A stretch of 64,000 nucleotides of DNA from an uncultured Bacteroidales bacterium (GTDB lineage: Bacteria; Bacteroidota; Bacteroidia; Bacteroidales; WCHB1-69), in assembly GCA_947165685.1 (NCBI GenBank), contig CAMVBK010000001.1, forward strand, positions 64,735-128,734, written 5' to 3'. Position 1 is the first letter of the stretch, and each line of letters opens with the position of its first letter. Below the pieces are notes generated by a model. It saw only the letters and a list, made by a program, of their open reading frames with translations, was not told the DNA's origin and did no database searches. The position numbers and the translations under genes are program-made. Shown here one piece after another: positions 18,438-27,900 of this stretch.

Positions 18438-19562
18438 CTATAGGAAGGCATCGCCCGCAATCCCGTCAGCGAACCAAAGACCTTTCGAGGTCAGATGTAT
18501 TTTTTCGTTTGTGTGTTCGTAAAATTCATTCGGAACTTCTGTCTTGAAATGGCAGAGCAGCGAGGCGGTGCGCTCTGGTCCGATCATGCGGGACATTTCC
18601 TGCAAGTCGATGCCTTCGCGGGTGCGCAGTCGCAACAGCAGGTACTCGTTGTAGCGGTCGGTGTCGGTCAGCGTCTCGCGCTCGAAAAAGGTTCTCCTCT
18701 CCGTGATTTGAGAGAAGTAGGCGGATAGGGTAGGGGCGTTCCAGGATCGGTGTTGGCTGTCAAAAGAGTGCGCCGCCGGACCAAGACCGAGATACGGAAT
18801 CCGCATCCAGTAGGCGGAATTGTGTTTCGATTCCCCGCCCGGGACGGCAAAATTGGAGACTTCGTACTGTGAAAAGCGGGATTTCGCTACCGACTCGCAC
18901 AGAATGTCGTATTGGTTGGCGGCCAACTCTTCGTCGGGTTCCACTTTCCGGTGATGCTGGATGTGCTTATAGAGCAGCGAATTCTCCTCCACGGTGAGCG
19001 CGTAGGCGGAAAAATGCCGTATCGGCAAGGAGAAAGCTATGTTCAACTCCTTTTCCCACAAATCATTGTCTCGCTCGTTGACCCCATAGATGAGGTCGAT
19101 GGAGAGGTTGTCGAATCCGGCTGCATGGGCGTTCTCCACGGCTAAGAGTGCCTCTTTTGCGCTGTGCCTACGACCTAAGAAACGGAGGATTTCATCGTGA
19201 AAAGATTGAATACCTATGCTTAAACGATTGAATCCCAATGTTTTGAGTTTTGTGCAGTAATCCGCAGTGAGTTGTTCGGGGTTGGCTTCGATGGTGATTT
19301 CTGCATTGTCGGCTATGTTGAAATGGTTCCTGATGCCGTCCATGATTCGTTGAAGCTGGAATGGTTGCAGGAATGAAGGGGTTCCACCGCCGAAGTAGAT
19401 TGTTTGGAAATTTTCGGAATCTGATCCTTTGCATTGCAGATCCATCTCTTTTGTCAGGGCATCCAAGAAATCGTCTATGCCCTTGCTGTTCACGGTGGAG
19501 TAGAATCCGCAATAGACGCATTTTGACTTGCAGAAAGGGATATGGATATAGAGTCCGGCCAT
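18438..19562 (-). CDS. hemW: radical SAM family heme chaperone HemW (oxygen-independent coproporphyrinogen oxidase-like)
   Basis: LYIHIPFCKSKCVYCGF CxxxCxxC motif, 374 aa, HemN_C-like tail. Confidence 0.9.
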   Translation of the reverse strand: MAGLYIHIPFCKSKCVYCGFYSTVNSKGIDDFLDALTKEMDLQCKGSDSENFQTIYFGGGTPSFLQPFQLQRIMDGIRNHFNIADNAEITIEANPEQLTADYCTKLKTLGFNRLSIGIQSFHDEILRFLGRRHSAKEALLAVENAHAAGFDNLSIDLIYGVNERDNDLWEKELNIAFSLPIRHFSAYALTVEENSLLYKHIQHHRKVEPDEELAANQYDILCESVAKSRFSQYEVSNFAVPGGESKHNSAYWMRIPYLGLGPAAHSFDSQHRSWNAPTLSAYFSQITERRTFFERETLTDTDRYNEYLLLRLRTREGIDLQEMSRMIGPERTASLLCHFKTEVPNEFYEHTNEKIHLTSKGLWFADGIAGDAFL

Positions 19563-19582
19563 CTTTTGTTGGAATTAGGGCG

Positions 19583-19590
19583 CAAAAGTA
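19583..19590 (-). promoter_or_regulatory. -7 promoter box (TACTTTTG on minus strand)
   Basis: 21 nt upstream of hemW ATG 19562. Confidence 0.45.
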
Positions 19591-19646
19591 CACATATTTT
19601 TGATTGCTGACGAGCCTTCTTTCCGCTTTTGCATCTTAAAAAAATA

Positions 19647-19654
19647 TATTTTTG
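19647..19654 (+). promoter_or_regulatory. -7 promoter box (TATTTTTG)
   Basis: 21 nt upstream of ATG 19675. Confidence 0.45.
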
Positions 19655-19674
19655 TTGCCGAAAAAAAAGGCGTT

Positions 19675-20730
19675 ATGTCAGATTGCAAAACATTGATTTC
19701 CAAGTTGGAAGAATTGCAAGTTCTCGAAAAAGCGGAATTTGTCGAATTGATTTCACGACATACAGAAGAGGATGCGCAGTTCCTGTTCGAACGGGCGCGT
19801 GCGGTGCGCGAACAAGTTTTCGGAAAGTCGGTTTTCCTTCGAGGATTGATTGAAATCACCAACTATTGCGCCAACGACTGCTATTACTGCGGCATTCGCC
19901 ACAGCAATTCCAGTGCGGAGCGGTATCGTTTAAGCGAAGAGGACATTCTTGAGTGTTGCGAAGAAGGCTACCGCTTGGGATTCAGGACTTTTGTGATGCA
20001 GGGTGGGGAAGACGGGCATTTCACCGATGAAGTGTTGGTGCGCCTGATTCGCAACATTAAGGCACGTTTTCCGGATTGTGCGGTCACTTTGTCGCTGGGC
20101 GAGCGCACGAAAGAACGTTACCAAAAGTATTTTGATGCGGGAGCTGACCGCTATCTGCTGCGGCACGAAACGGCGAATGCACAGCACTACGCGATGTTGC
20201 ATCCTGCTTGGATGTCGTATGAGCGAAGGATTCAGTGTCTTTGGGACTTGAAGGAGATTGGTTACCAAGTGGGCACTGGCTTTATGGTGGGCACACCGCA
20301 TCAAACAGCGGAATATTTGGCTGAGGATATGCTGTTTATCAAAAAGTTGCAGCCGCAGATGGTGGGAATTGGCCCGTTTGTGCCACACCATGCCACGCCG
20401 TTTGCAAACGAGACTGGCGGCACGGCAGCGCAGACTCTTTTCATGTTGGGATTGCTTCGCTTGATGAAACCGGACCTTTTGCTTCCTTCCACTACGGCGT
20501 TGGGAACCATCGACAAAACGGGTCGTGAGAAAGGGCTCATGGCCGGTGCCAATGTGGTAATGCCAAACCTCTCCCCTGTGTCGGTTCGCAAGAAATACGA
20601 CCTCTATGACAACAAAATCTGTACGGGGGATGAGTCAGCTCAGTGTGTCAACTGCTTGGAAATCAGGATTGCCGCGACGGGCTATAAAATAAAGTTGAGT
20701 CGAGGCGATGCGCCGGGCTGGACACGATAA
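19675..20730 (+). CDS. hydE: [FeFe]-hydrogenase H-cluster radical SAM maturase HydE-like protein
   Basis: ITNYCANDCYYCGIR radical SAM motif, BioB/HydE-type TIM barrel, and C-terminal GANVVMPNLSPVSVRKKYDLYDNK typical of HydE. Confidence 0.75.
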   Translation: MSDCKTLISKLEELQVLEKAEFVELISRHTEEDAQFLFERARAVREQVFGKSVFLRGLIEITNYCANDCYYCGIRHSNSSAERYRLSEEDILECCEEGYRLGFRTFVMQGGEDGHFTDEVLVRLIRNIKARFPDCAVTLSLGERTKERYQKYFDAGADRYLLRHETANAQHYAMLHPAWMSYERRIQCLWDLKEIGYQVGTGFMVGTPHQTAEYLAEDMLFIKKLQPQMVGIGPFVPHHATPFANETGGTAAQTLFMLGLLRLMKPDLLLPSTTALGTIDKTGREKGLMAGANVVMPNLSPVSVRKKYDLYDNKICTGDESAQCVNCLEIRIAATGYKIKLSRGDAPGWTR

Positions 20731-20756
20731 AAAAGGTGTGCCTTTGCAGACACACC
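20729..20756 (-). terminator. rho-independent terminator for hbd (minus strand)
   Basis: GGTGTG...CACACC hairpin, followed on the minus strand by TTTTT. Confidence 0.5.
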
Positions 20757-20768
20757 CTTGATTCTCGA

Positions 20769-21605
20769 TTAGTATTTGTAGAAGCCTTCGCCCGTCTTGC
20801 GGCCGAGCAGTCCGGCGCGAACCATCTTGCGCAACAGCGGGTGGGGACGATACTTCGGGTCGCCGAACTCCTTGTAGAGCACCTCCATGATGGCGAGGTT
20901 CACATCGTTGCCGATGAGGTCGGCCAAGGCGAGCGGGCCCATGGGGTGGTTGGCGCCGAGCATCATGCACTTGTCGATGTCTTCGGCGGAGGCGATGCCG
21001 TCGGCCAGGATGCCCACAGCCTCGTTGATCATCGGGATGAGGATGCGGTTGACCACGAAGCCGGGGGCCTCGTTCACCGGAACGGGGGTCTTGCCAATTT
21101 CGGTGGTCAGATCGACGATGCACTTGGCGGTCTCATCGGAGGTGAGCTGGCCCTTGATGACCTCCACTAATGCCATGCGGTCGGCGGGGTTGAAGAAGTG
21201 GCAGCCGATGAACTGTGCGGGACGGTTAGTGCAAGCGGCAATCTCCGTGATGGAGAGCGAGGAGGAGTTGGTGGCGAAAATCGTCTCCGGCTTGCAAATC
21301 TTGTCCAGTTCCATGAAGACATCCTTCTTGAGCTGCATGTCCTCCACGGCGGCCTCAATCACGAGGTCGGCATCGGCGAAAGTGGCATAGTCAGTGGTGG
21401 TGGTGATGTTGCCGAGGATAGCGTTCATGGCATCCTCCGTAATCTTGCCTTTCTCCACGAGTTTGGCGTACGATTTGGAAATGGAACCCATCGCCTTGTC
21501 GAGGCTGGCCTGGGTTCTGCTCTTCATAACCACGGGCATCTTGGCGGCGAAAGCCTTCACAATGCCTTTGGCCATGGTACCTGTACCTATAACACAAATT
21601 TTCAT
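20769..21605 (-). CDS. hbd: 3-hydroxybutyryl-CoA dehydrogenase
   Basis: N-terminal Rossmann [15 protein letters not shown]. 3HCDH N and C domains ([28 protein letters not shown]). Confidence 0.9.
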   Translation of the reverse strand: MKICVIGTGTMAKGIVKAFAAKMPVVMKSRTQASLDKAMGSISKSYAKLVEKGKITEDAMNAILGNITTTTDYATFADADLVIEAAVEDMQLKKDVFMELDKICKPETIFATNSSSLSITEIAACTNRPAQFIGCHFFNPADRMALVEVIKGQLTSDETAKCIVDLTTEIGKTPVPVNEAPGFVVNRILIPMINEAVGILADGIASAEDIDKCMMLGANHPMGPLALADLIGNDVNLAIMEVLYKEFGDPKYRPHPLLRKMVRAGLLGRKTGEGFYKY

Positions 21606-21638
21606 AATAGATGTGGTTTAAAATGGGGTTAGAAATGA

Positions 21639-22418
21639 TTATTCGTTGGTGAAATGCGCCTCCTGTTTGGTGAGGAATGCCGTCATGCCGGCCTTCTGGT
21701 CCTTGGTTTCGAAGCATTTGCCGAACATGCGGCTCTCGAAGGCGATGGCCTCGTTGGCGGGCAGGTCGTATTCTTCGTTGATGCACTCCTTGGCGTAGCG
21801 CACGGCGATGGGGGCGTTTTTGACGATGCGCTTGGCGAGGGTCATGGCCTCTTCCATGAGCTGCTCGGGCTCATAGACGGCGTTGACCAGACCGATGCGC
21901 AACGCCTCGTCGGCTTTGATGGCGCGGCCTGTGAAGATGAGCTCCTTGGCGACACCCATGCCGGCAATCTTGGCTAAGCGGTAGGTTCCGGAAAACCCCG
22001 GGATGATGCCGAGCCCGACCTCGGGTTGGCCGAACTTGGCGCGGGTGGAGGCGATGCGGATGTCGCAGGCCAAGGTCAGTTCGCATCCGCCGCCGAGCGC
22101 GAAACCGTTCACCGCCGCGATGACCGGTACCGGCAGCGTCTCGATTTTGCGGAAAACAGCGGCTCCGAAAGCGCCGAAACGCTCGCCTTCCGATGCGTTC
22201 AGCGGCTGCATCTCCGAAATGTCGGCACCCGCCACGAACGACTTCTCCCCGTCGCCGGTGATGACCAGTGCGCGGATGTCTTTGTCAAGAGTGGACAGAA
22301 AATCGTCCATCTCTCCCAAAATGCTGGAATTTAAGGCATTCAGCGACTTCGGTGCAGAAATGGTCAGGATGCATACTTGCTCGTTAAGTTCTATTTTCAG
22401 GAAATTGTACTGCTTCAT
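21639..22418 (-). CDS. crt: short-chain enoyl-CoA hydratase (crotonase)
   Basis: ECH family motifs (FVAGADISEM, AAVNGFALGGGCELTLACDIRIAS). 259 aa. Confidence 0.9.
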   Translation of the reverse strand: MKQYNFLKIELNEQVCILTISAPKSLNALNSSILGEMDDFLSTLDKDIRALVITGDGEKSFVAGADISEMQPLNASEGERFGAFGAAVFRKIETLPVPVIAAVNGFALGGGCELTLACDIRIASTRAKFGQPEVGLGIIPGFSGTYRLAKIAGMGVAKELIFTGRAIKADEALRIGLVNAVYEPEQLMEEAMTLAKRIVKNAPIAVRYAKECINEEYDLPANEAIAFESRMFGKCFETKDQKAGMTAFLTKQEAHFTNE

Positions 22419-22441
22419 TTTTTTCCGATTTTAAGGTGGGG

Positions 22442-22449
22442 CAAAAATA
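22442..22449 (-). promoter_or_regulatory. -7 promoter box (TATTTTTG on minus strand)
   Basis: 24 nt upstream of crt ATG 22418. Confidence 0.45.
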
Positions 22450-22450
22450 C

Positions 22451-22476
22451 AAAAAAAAAAGTGCCGTTGGGGCACT
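22451..22476 (-). terminator. rho-independent terminator after the LTXXQ gene
   Basis: 6-bp stem AGTGCC/GGCACT, followed on the minus strand by 10 T. Confidence 0.65.
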
Positions 22477-22481
22477 TTCTT

Positions 22482-22997
22482 TTAGCGTTTTTTCTTGCCG
22501 GTGTTCACAGGACCCGCATCCTCTTTTTTCACCTCTTTCTTCTTACTCGTCAGAGTCTTTTTATACCTGTACTCCAAGTTGTAAAGGTTCTGGATGGTCT
22601 TCGGGCTGAGAATGGCTTTGTATTTTTTGTAGTAGGAATTTTCGAGATTGAGCAAATTCTTGCGCAGTTCGAACTTCTGGTCTTGCAGATAGGTGAGCTG
22701 CTTGTCGCTCAGCTTGTCGATGATTTCCTTGTTGGTTCCCGGTGCGCCTAACTTGATGCCCTGTTTCTCCAGGTTCTTGCGGTAGGTGTCCATCGCCTTC
22801 AGTTCCGCGTTCAGGTATTCCTCATACACTTTCCAGAAATTTTGGTTCTCCGAACCGCTCAGCGTGAGGTTCATCCGCATGTAGTTGAGACGTTCTTTTA
22901 CCATAACGGCAGGACTCTTTTCTTGTGCGAAGAGTGCTGAGGTTGCTCCCATAACGATGACAACCAGTGTGATCCATAGTCTTTTCATAATATTCAC
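22482..22997 (-). CDS. periplasmic Spy/CpxP-like LTXXQ-motif protein
   Basis: Signal peptide, helical Lys-rich body, LTYLQ (LTXXQ) motif. Third gene of the ECF sigma module. Confidence 0.6.
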   Translation of the reverse strand: MNIMKRLWITLVVIVMGATSALFAQEKSPAVMVKERLNYMRMNLTLSGSENQNFWKVYEEYLNAELKAMDTYRKNLEKQGIKLGAPGTNKEIIDKLSDKQLTYLQDQKFELRKNLLNLENSYYKKYKAILSPKTIQNLYNLEYRYKKTLTSKKKEVKKEDAGPVNTGKKKR

Positions 22998-23005
22998 TTT
23001 TTAGG

Positions 23006-23335
23006 TTAATAAACGTATTGATAGTAGTCCATCATGGCCAACTCCTCACTATAGTAGTTGGTGGCTACGGTCTCCAAGGCTTCCTCCTCCACGTCTGTGG
23101 CGGCGATTTGCTGGGTCTGCGTGACGGCGGGTTCTTTTTCGGGCGTGTTGACGGTAAAAAAGATACCGGCGGCAATGGCGACCACAGCCACGGCGGCTAC
23201 GGCCGAGGAGATGATGGTTCTGCGCTTGTGCTGGTCGTGTTTGATGTTGGCCATCACCCGACCAGGCAGTTCCTCGAAATAGTTCTCGGGAATCTGATAA
23301 TGTTCTGTCTTGTCTATATTCTCTAAGTCAATCAT
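23006..23335 (-). CDS. putative anti-sigma factor (single-pass membrane protein)
   Basis: 109 aa, central TM helix (IISSAVAAVAVVAIAAGIFF), directly downstream of the ECF sigma gene. Confidence 0.55.
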   Translation of the reverse strand: MIDLENIDKTEHYQIPENYFEELPGRVMANIKHDQHKRRTIISSAVAAVAVVAIAAGIFFTVNTPEKEPAVTQTQQIAATDVEEEALETVATNYYSEELAMMDYYQYVY

Positions 23336-23373
23336 AACGCTAATGAAATTACGATTCTATGACTTTGGGATCG

Positions 23374-23931
23374 CTAAAAGGTTAAACGCTCGGAAATATT
23401 TTTTTTGATTTTTTCTGCGGCGAAATGATAGGAAGCTTTCAACGCGCTCTCGGAAGTGTCGAAAATCTTCGACATTTCCGCGTAGGGCGTTTCATCGTAG
23501 TAGCGCATCGTGAAGACAGCGCGTTGCTTCGGAGGAAGTTTCGTGATTTCCTCCTGAAGGAACTGTTCGATCTGGCTCGGGGTCATCGTGCTGGTGTCCG
23601 CTTGGCTCACTAAGAGGAAGTCGGTGTAGTTGTCGTCGTCCAAGTTTAGCAACCGTTTCTTCTTTTCGATGTAGGTGAGCGCCTCGTTGACGCAAATTCT
23701 GGTAATCCAAGTCTTCAAGCTCGATTCATTGCGGAATTTGTCCAGGTTTTTCCATATTTTGATGCACACGTTCTGCGTCACGTCGTCCGCGTCCTCGTGG
23801 ATGGTCGTGATGCGCCGCGCGTTGTAGTAGATGTGCTTCTGATATTTTTTCAGCAGCATCTCGAAAGCTTTCTCCTTGGTCTTCTCATTGCTGAAAAGCG
23901 ACAGGATGAATTCGTCGGTGATTTCCGGCAT
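23374..23931 (-). CDS. RNA polymerase ECF-type sigma-70 factor
   Basis: Region 2 (DADDVTQNVCIKIWKNL) and region 4 (LPPKQRAVFTMRYYDETPYAEMSKIFDTSESALKASYHFA). Confidence 0.88.
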   Translation of the reverse strand: MPEITDEFILSLFSNEKTKEKAFEMLLKKYQKHIYYNARRITTIHEDADDVTQNVCIKIWKNLDKFRNESSLKTWITRICVNEALTYIEKKKRLLNLDDDNYTDFLLVSQADTSTMTPSQIEQFLQEEITKLPPKQRAVFTMRYYDETPYAEMSKIFDTSESALKASYHFAAEKIKKNISERLTF

Positions 23932-23946
23932 CTTATTGGTTTTAGG

Positions 23947-24900
23947 TTATTTACGTGATATGGCCTTTTGGCAGGCCTCGGCAATGTGCTCTTTGTCCAA
24001 GCCGAAGTGAGCCAGCAGTTCATCGGGGGTGCCGCTTTCGCCGAAATGGTCGTCAACGCCGATCATCTCCACGGGCGCGGGCAGGTTGCGGCTCAAGCAC
24101 TGGCAGACGGAGTCGCCCATGCCGCCGTTGAGGAAATGCTCCTCGGCGGTGACGGCGCAACCGGTCTTGCGGACGCTGTTCAGAATCGTCTCCTCGTCTA
24201 ACGGCTTGATGGTCGCGATGTTGACAACCTCTGCGAAGATGCCCTTTTCGCGCAGCATGTCGGCAGCCTGAAGCGCGGGGAACACCAGATGGCCAGTGGC
24301 GAAGATGGTCACATCCGTCCCTTCCTGCATCACTTCCGCCTTCCCGATGACGAACGGCTTGTTCTCCTCGGTGAAGTTTGGCACTGCCGGGCGGCCGAAG
24401 CGGATATAGACAGGACCGTTGTACTCGGCCGCCGCAATGGTCGCCATCTTGGTCTGGTTGTAGTCGCAGGGGTTGAGCACCACCATGTTCGGTAGCATCT
24501 TCATCAGCCCGAGGTCCTCCATCATTTGGTGTGTGGCACCGTCTTCGCCCACGGTAATGCCGGAGTGCGACGCGCCGATCTTGACGTTCAGGTTCGAGTA
24601 GGCCACCGTCATGCGAATCTGGTCATAGACACGCCCGGAGATGAATCCGGCGAATGCGCTGGCGAAGGGAACCTTGCCGCTCAGGGCCAAACCGGCGGAA
24701 ATGCCGATCATGTTGGCCTCTGCGATGCCGCACTGGATGAAACGCTCCGGATAGGCGGCCTTGAAGTCGCCCATTTTCACGCTTCCCGTGACGTCCGCCG
24801 TCAAGGCGAAAATGTTCTCATTGCGTTGTGCGGCTTCCATTAAGCCGGCTCCGAACCCCGAACGGGTGTCTTTCTTCGTGTAATTCTCAATTTTCTCCAT
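23947..24900 (-). CDS. transketolase C-terminal (pyrimidine-binding) subunit
   Basis: Starts MEKIENYTKKDTRSGFG. FIQCGIAEANMIGISAGLA motif. ~317 aa is typical of split transketolase subunit B. The longer ORF to 25179 is rejected. Confidence 0.88.
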   Translation of the reverse strand: MEKIENYTKKDTRSGFGAGLMEAAQRNENIFALTADVTGSVKMGDFKAAYPERFIQCGIAEANMIGISAGLALSGKVPFASAFAGFISGRVYDQIRMTVAYSNLNVKIGASHSGITVGEDGATHQMMEDLGLMKMLPNMVVLNPCDYNQTKMATIAAAEYNGPVYIRFGRPAVPNFTEENKPFVIGKAEVMQEGTDVTIFATGHLVFPALQAADMLREKGIFAEVVNIATIKPLDEETILNSVRKTGCAVTAEEHFLNGGMGDSVCQCLSRNLPAPVEMIGVDDHFGESGTPDELLAHFGLDKEHIAEACQKAISRK

Positions 24901-24916
24901 GCCAAAAAATTTGCGG

Positions 24917-24924
24917 CAAAAATA
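24917..24924 (-). promoter_or_regulatory. -7 promoter box (TATTTTTG on minus strand)
   Basis: 17 nt upstream of ATG 24900. Confidence 0.45.
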
Positions 24925-24945
24925 CGAAATTTGGGAAAAGAGAGT

Positions 24946-24953
24946 TATCTTTG
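24946..24953 (+). promoter_or_regulatory. -7 promoter box (TATCTTTG)
   Basis: 27 nt upstream of ATG 24980. Back-to-back with the 24917 box. Confidence 0.45.
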
Positions 24954-24979
24954 CCGCATTTATTTGCGGAATATTTTTG

Positions 24980-27900
24980 ATGGAAAAAAGACTGCTCTGT
25001 TTCTTGTCAATTCTCCTCCTGTGCGCTGCCGTCCGGTTGCCGGCGCAGAGCACGGTGTGGAGGGTGAAACACCTGACTGCCGACTCGCTTTCTTTTCGAA
25101 TAGACACTTTTTCGGTTGTCCCGAGCTCTTTTAGCATCCAAGGGGTTGATCCTGTGCAATTTCGTCTCGACCCGCTCACGGCTACTATCCGCCTGATGGA
25201 TTCTTCCCTGCTCGGACGGCGGCTGTTCTTTCAATATGAGGTCTATCCCTTCGACTTGTCCAAGCCGGTGGCGCATAAGTCGCCGCAACACATCGAGCCG
25301 CGCCGCTTTGAGCATCAAATGGTCGAGTATCCCGTTCCGTCGGTTTCGGATGTGTTGAACAGTAGCGAATTATATACAAATGGTTCCGTTTCACGCGGCG
25401 TTTCTGTGGGAAATAACCAGGATTTGGTGCTGAACTCGTCGCTGAATTTGCAGCTCTCAGGTAAACTTTCGGATGATGTGGAGGTGATGGCCTCGGTCAC
25501 CGACCGCAACATCCCAGTCTTGCCAGAGGGCAACACCCAGTATCTGCAAGACATTAGCAGTATTTTTATAACATTGAAAATCAAGCAGATGGCTGTGGTG
25601 AATGCTGGTGATGTAATATGGCGCGCCGATAGCGGCAACTTCCTCCGCGTGTCGCGCAACATGTTGGGATTGAATGCTTTGGTGCGGTCGGAACCCTCTG
25701 CGAAACTGCGCATGTTCAACCAGGCGGGCGGTGGCATCGCCAAAGGCAAGTTCGCCCGGCAAGCGCTGGCGGTTCAGACTGGTGTGCAGGGACCGTACAA
25801 ACTCTATGGCTCCGACGGCGAGATTTCCATCCTCATGGTGGCGGGGTCGGAGCGCGTCTATCTGGATGGACAGTTGCTTGTGCGAGGCGCGGAAAACGAC
25901 TACACGATCGATTACAATACGGCCGAAATTACCTTCACGCCCAAGCGGCTCGTCTCGGCGGAACAACGTTATTTGGTTGAATTCGAATATTCCAATCGAC
26001 ACTATTCCCGGTATAATCTGTTTACCCATAATGAGTTAGAAATTAAAGGGAAAGCCCCTTTGAAACTGTATTTGGATGTTTTTCATGAACAAGATATGAA
26101 AAATCGTTCTATCCAGCCGGAGCTTTCCGTGGATCAAATTCGCTTTTTGTCGAGTCTTGGTGATGCGGGTGGTAATGCCTTGTTCCCCTATTTTGATTCT
26201 GTTGCTTTTTCTCCAGATCGCGTTCTTTATGAGAAAGTCGATACTTTATACAATAATAATATATATACAATATTTATATTTTCTTTAAATAGAGATTCTG
26301 TTTTATACAGTCCTGATTTCACGTACATGGGTCCGGGGAAAGGAAATTACCGTTTGGTCAGTAGCACGGCAAATGGGCGTGTTTTCGCGTGGGTTGCGCC
26401 TGAAGATGGTGTTATGCAAGGTGATTACGAGCCGGTTGTGCAGCTCACGGCTCCGGTCTCCCAACAGATGGTCACTTTTGGGCTTGATTTTCAAGCTCGC
26501 AAGAACACGCGCGTCCAGACCGAGGTTGCGTTGTCGCATTTCGACAAGAATACTTTTTCAAAGAAAGATAGAAGTGACGATGTCGGTTTTGCTTATCTGT
26601 TGAATATCAGTGATGTTGAGAGATTTGCCTCGAAGTCGGATTCTCTTCCGTGGCTGTTGGAGAGTTGGGCTCGGATGCAGTTTTTACACAAAAATTTTGC
26701 CCCATTCGAGTCGTTTCGCGAGGTGGAATTTGCTCGTCAGTTCAATTTGTCGTCAGACTATGCTGCTGGCCGTTCGGAGTGGATGGCTTCGGCAGGTGTC
26801 TCCTTGAAGAAGACCCAGCGCCATGATCTCCGTTTCGGTCTGGATTTTTTCAATCGCACGGGAGAGAATCGAGCGCTGCGGAATGAACTTCTGACGGACA
26901 ACCGTTGGAATGGATGGCGCCTCCAGTCGAAAAACAGTTACCTCTTTGCGCACGACTCGGTGCAGAAAAGCCGCTATGCCGTGTCACGCGTTCAGGTGGC
27001 CAAACCGATGAAGCACCTGTCGTTTAGTTTAGATAACTTGTTGGAATATAATGTGTTCAGGGATGCTCTTACGGATTCGCTGAGACTGAACAGCTTTGCT
27101 TTCAATGAAGTGAACTTCGCCATGAAAAGTGCGGAGAAAGCCTTTCACCAGTTTATGCTGGGTTACAAAAACCGGGTTGAATTCACCCCCGATTCGATGC
27201 GGTTGCGGCATCATTTGACGATTCACGAAGTGAAAGCGCAGTACCGTTTTGCCCAGATTCAGAACCAGTCGTTTTCATTGAATGCGACTTATCGAAATCA
27301 GTCGCTGGCTGATTCGGTGGGGGAAGGGACGCCGGAACACTATTTTGTTGGAAATGTTCAATATACCGGGCGGTTTTTTCGTAATGCATTGGTAATCAAT
27401 ACGTATTATGAAACTGGAAGTGGTATGGAACTGAGGAAGACTTTTACGTTCATCAAGGTGGCGAAAGGGCAGGGTACGCACGTTTGGAATGATTATAACG
27501 GCAACGGCATTGAAGAACTCGACGAGTTCGAGGTCTCCCCTTTTCCTGACCAGGCGGAGTATGTCAAGGTTTGGATTGCCGGCACGGATTATGTGAATGC
27601 GTGGCTGAGTCAGTGGACGCAGAGTGTGCAACTTCGTCCCGCAGCCGTCTGGGGAAACAAGACAGGGTTCAGAAAATTTCTGTCTCGATTCACCAACATA
27701 TTGACAATCAATGCATCCGTGAAGCATAAAACGCGTATGTTCGTACCTTTTGCCTCCTCTCGCGAAGATACTAATCTCGTGGCCAATCGGCTGAACATTG
27801 CTAACACGTTTTCGTTCAATAACGGCAATTCGCCGTTCGCTTTCGACCTGCTGGTTCAGAAAAACGCTAACACGCAGTTCCTATATTATGGACTTGAAAC

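Noticed and set aside
23947-25179. Long N-terminal extension (93 aa) of the transketolase subunit ORF.
   Set aside because: The homology-type sequence begins at MEKIENYTKK (24900). A -7 box at 24917-24924 lies inside the extension, and the extension overlaps the divergent promoter and the start of the barrel gene.
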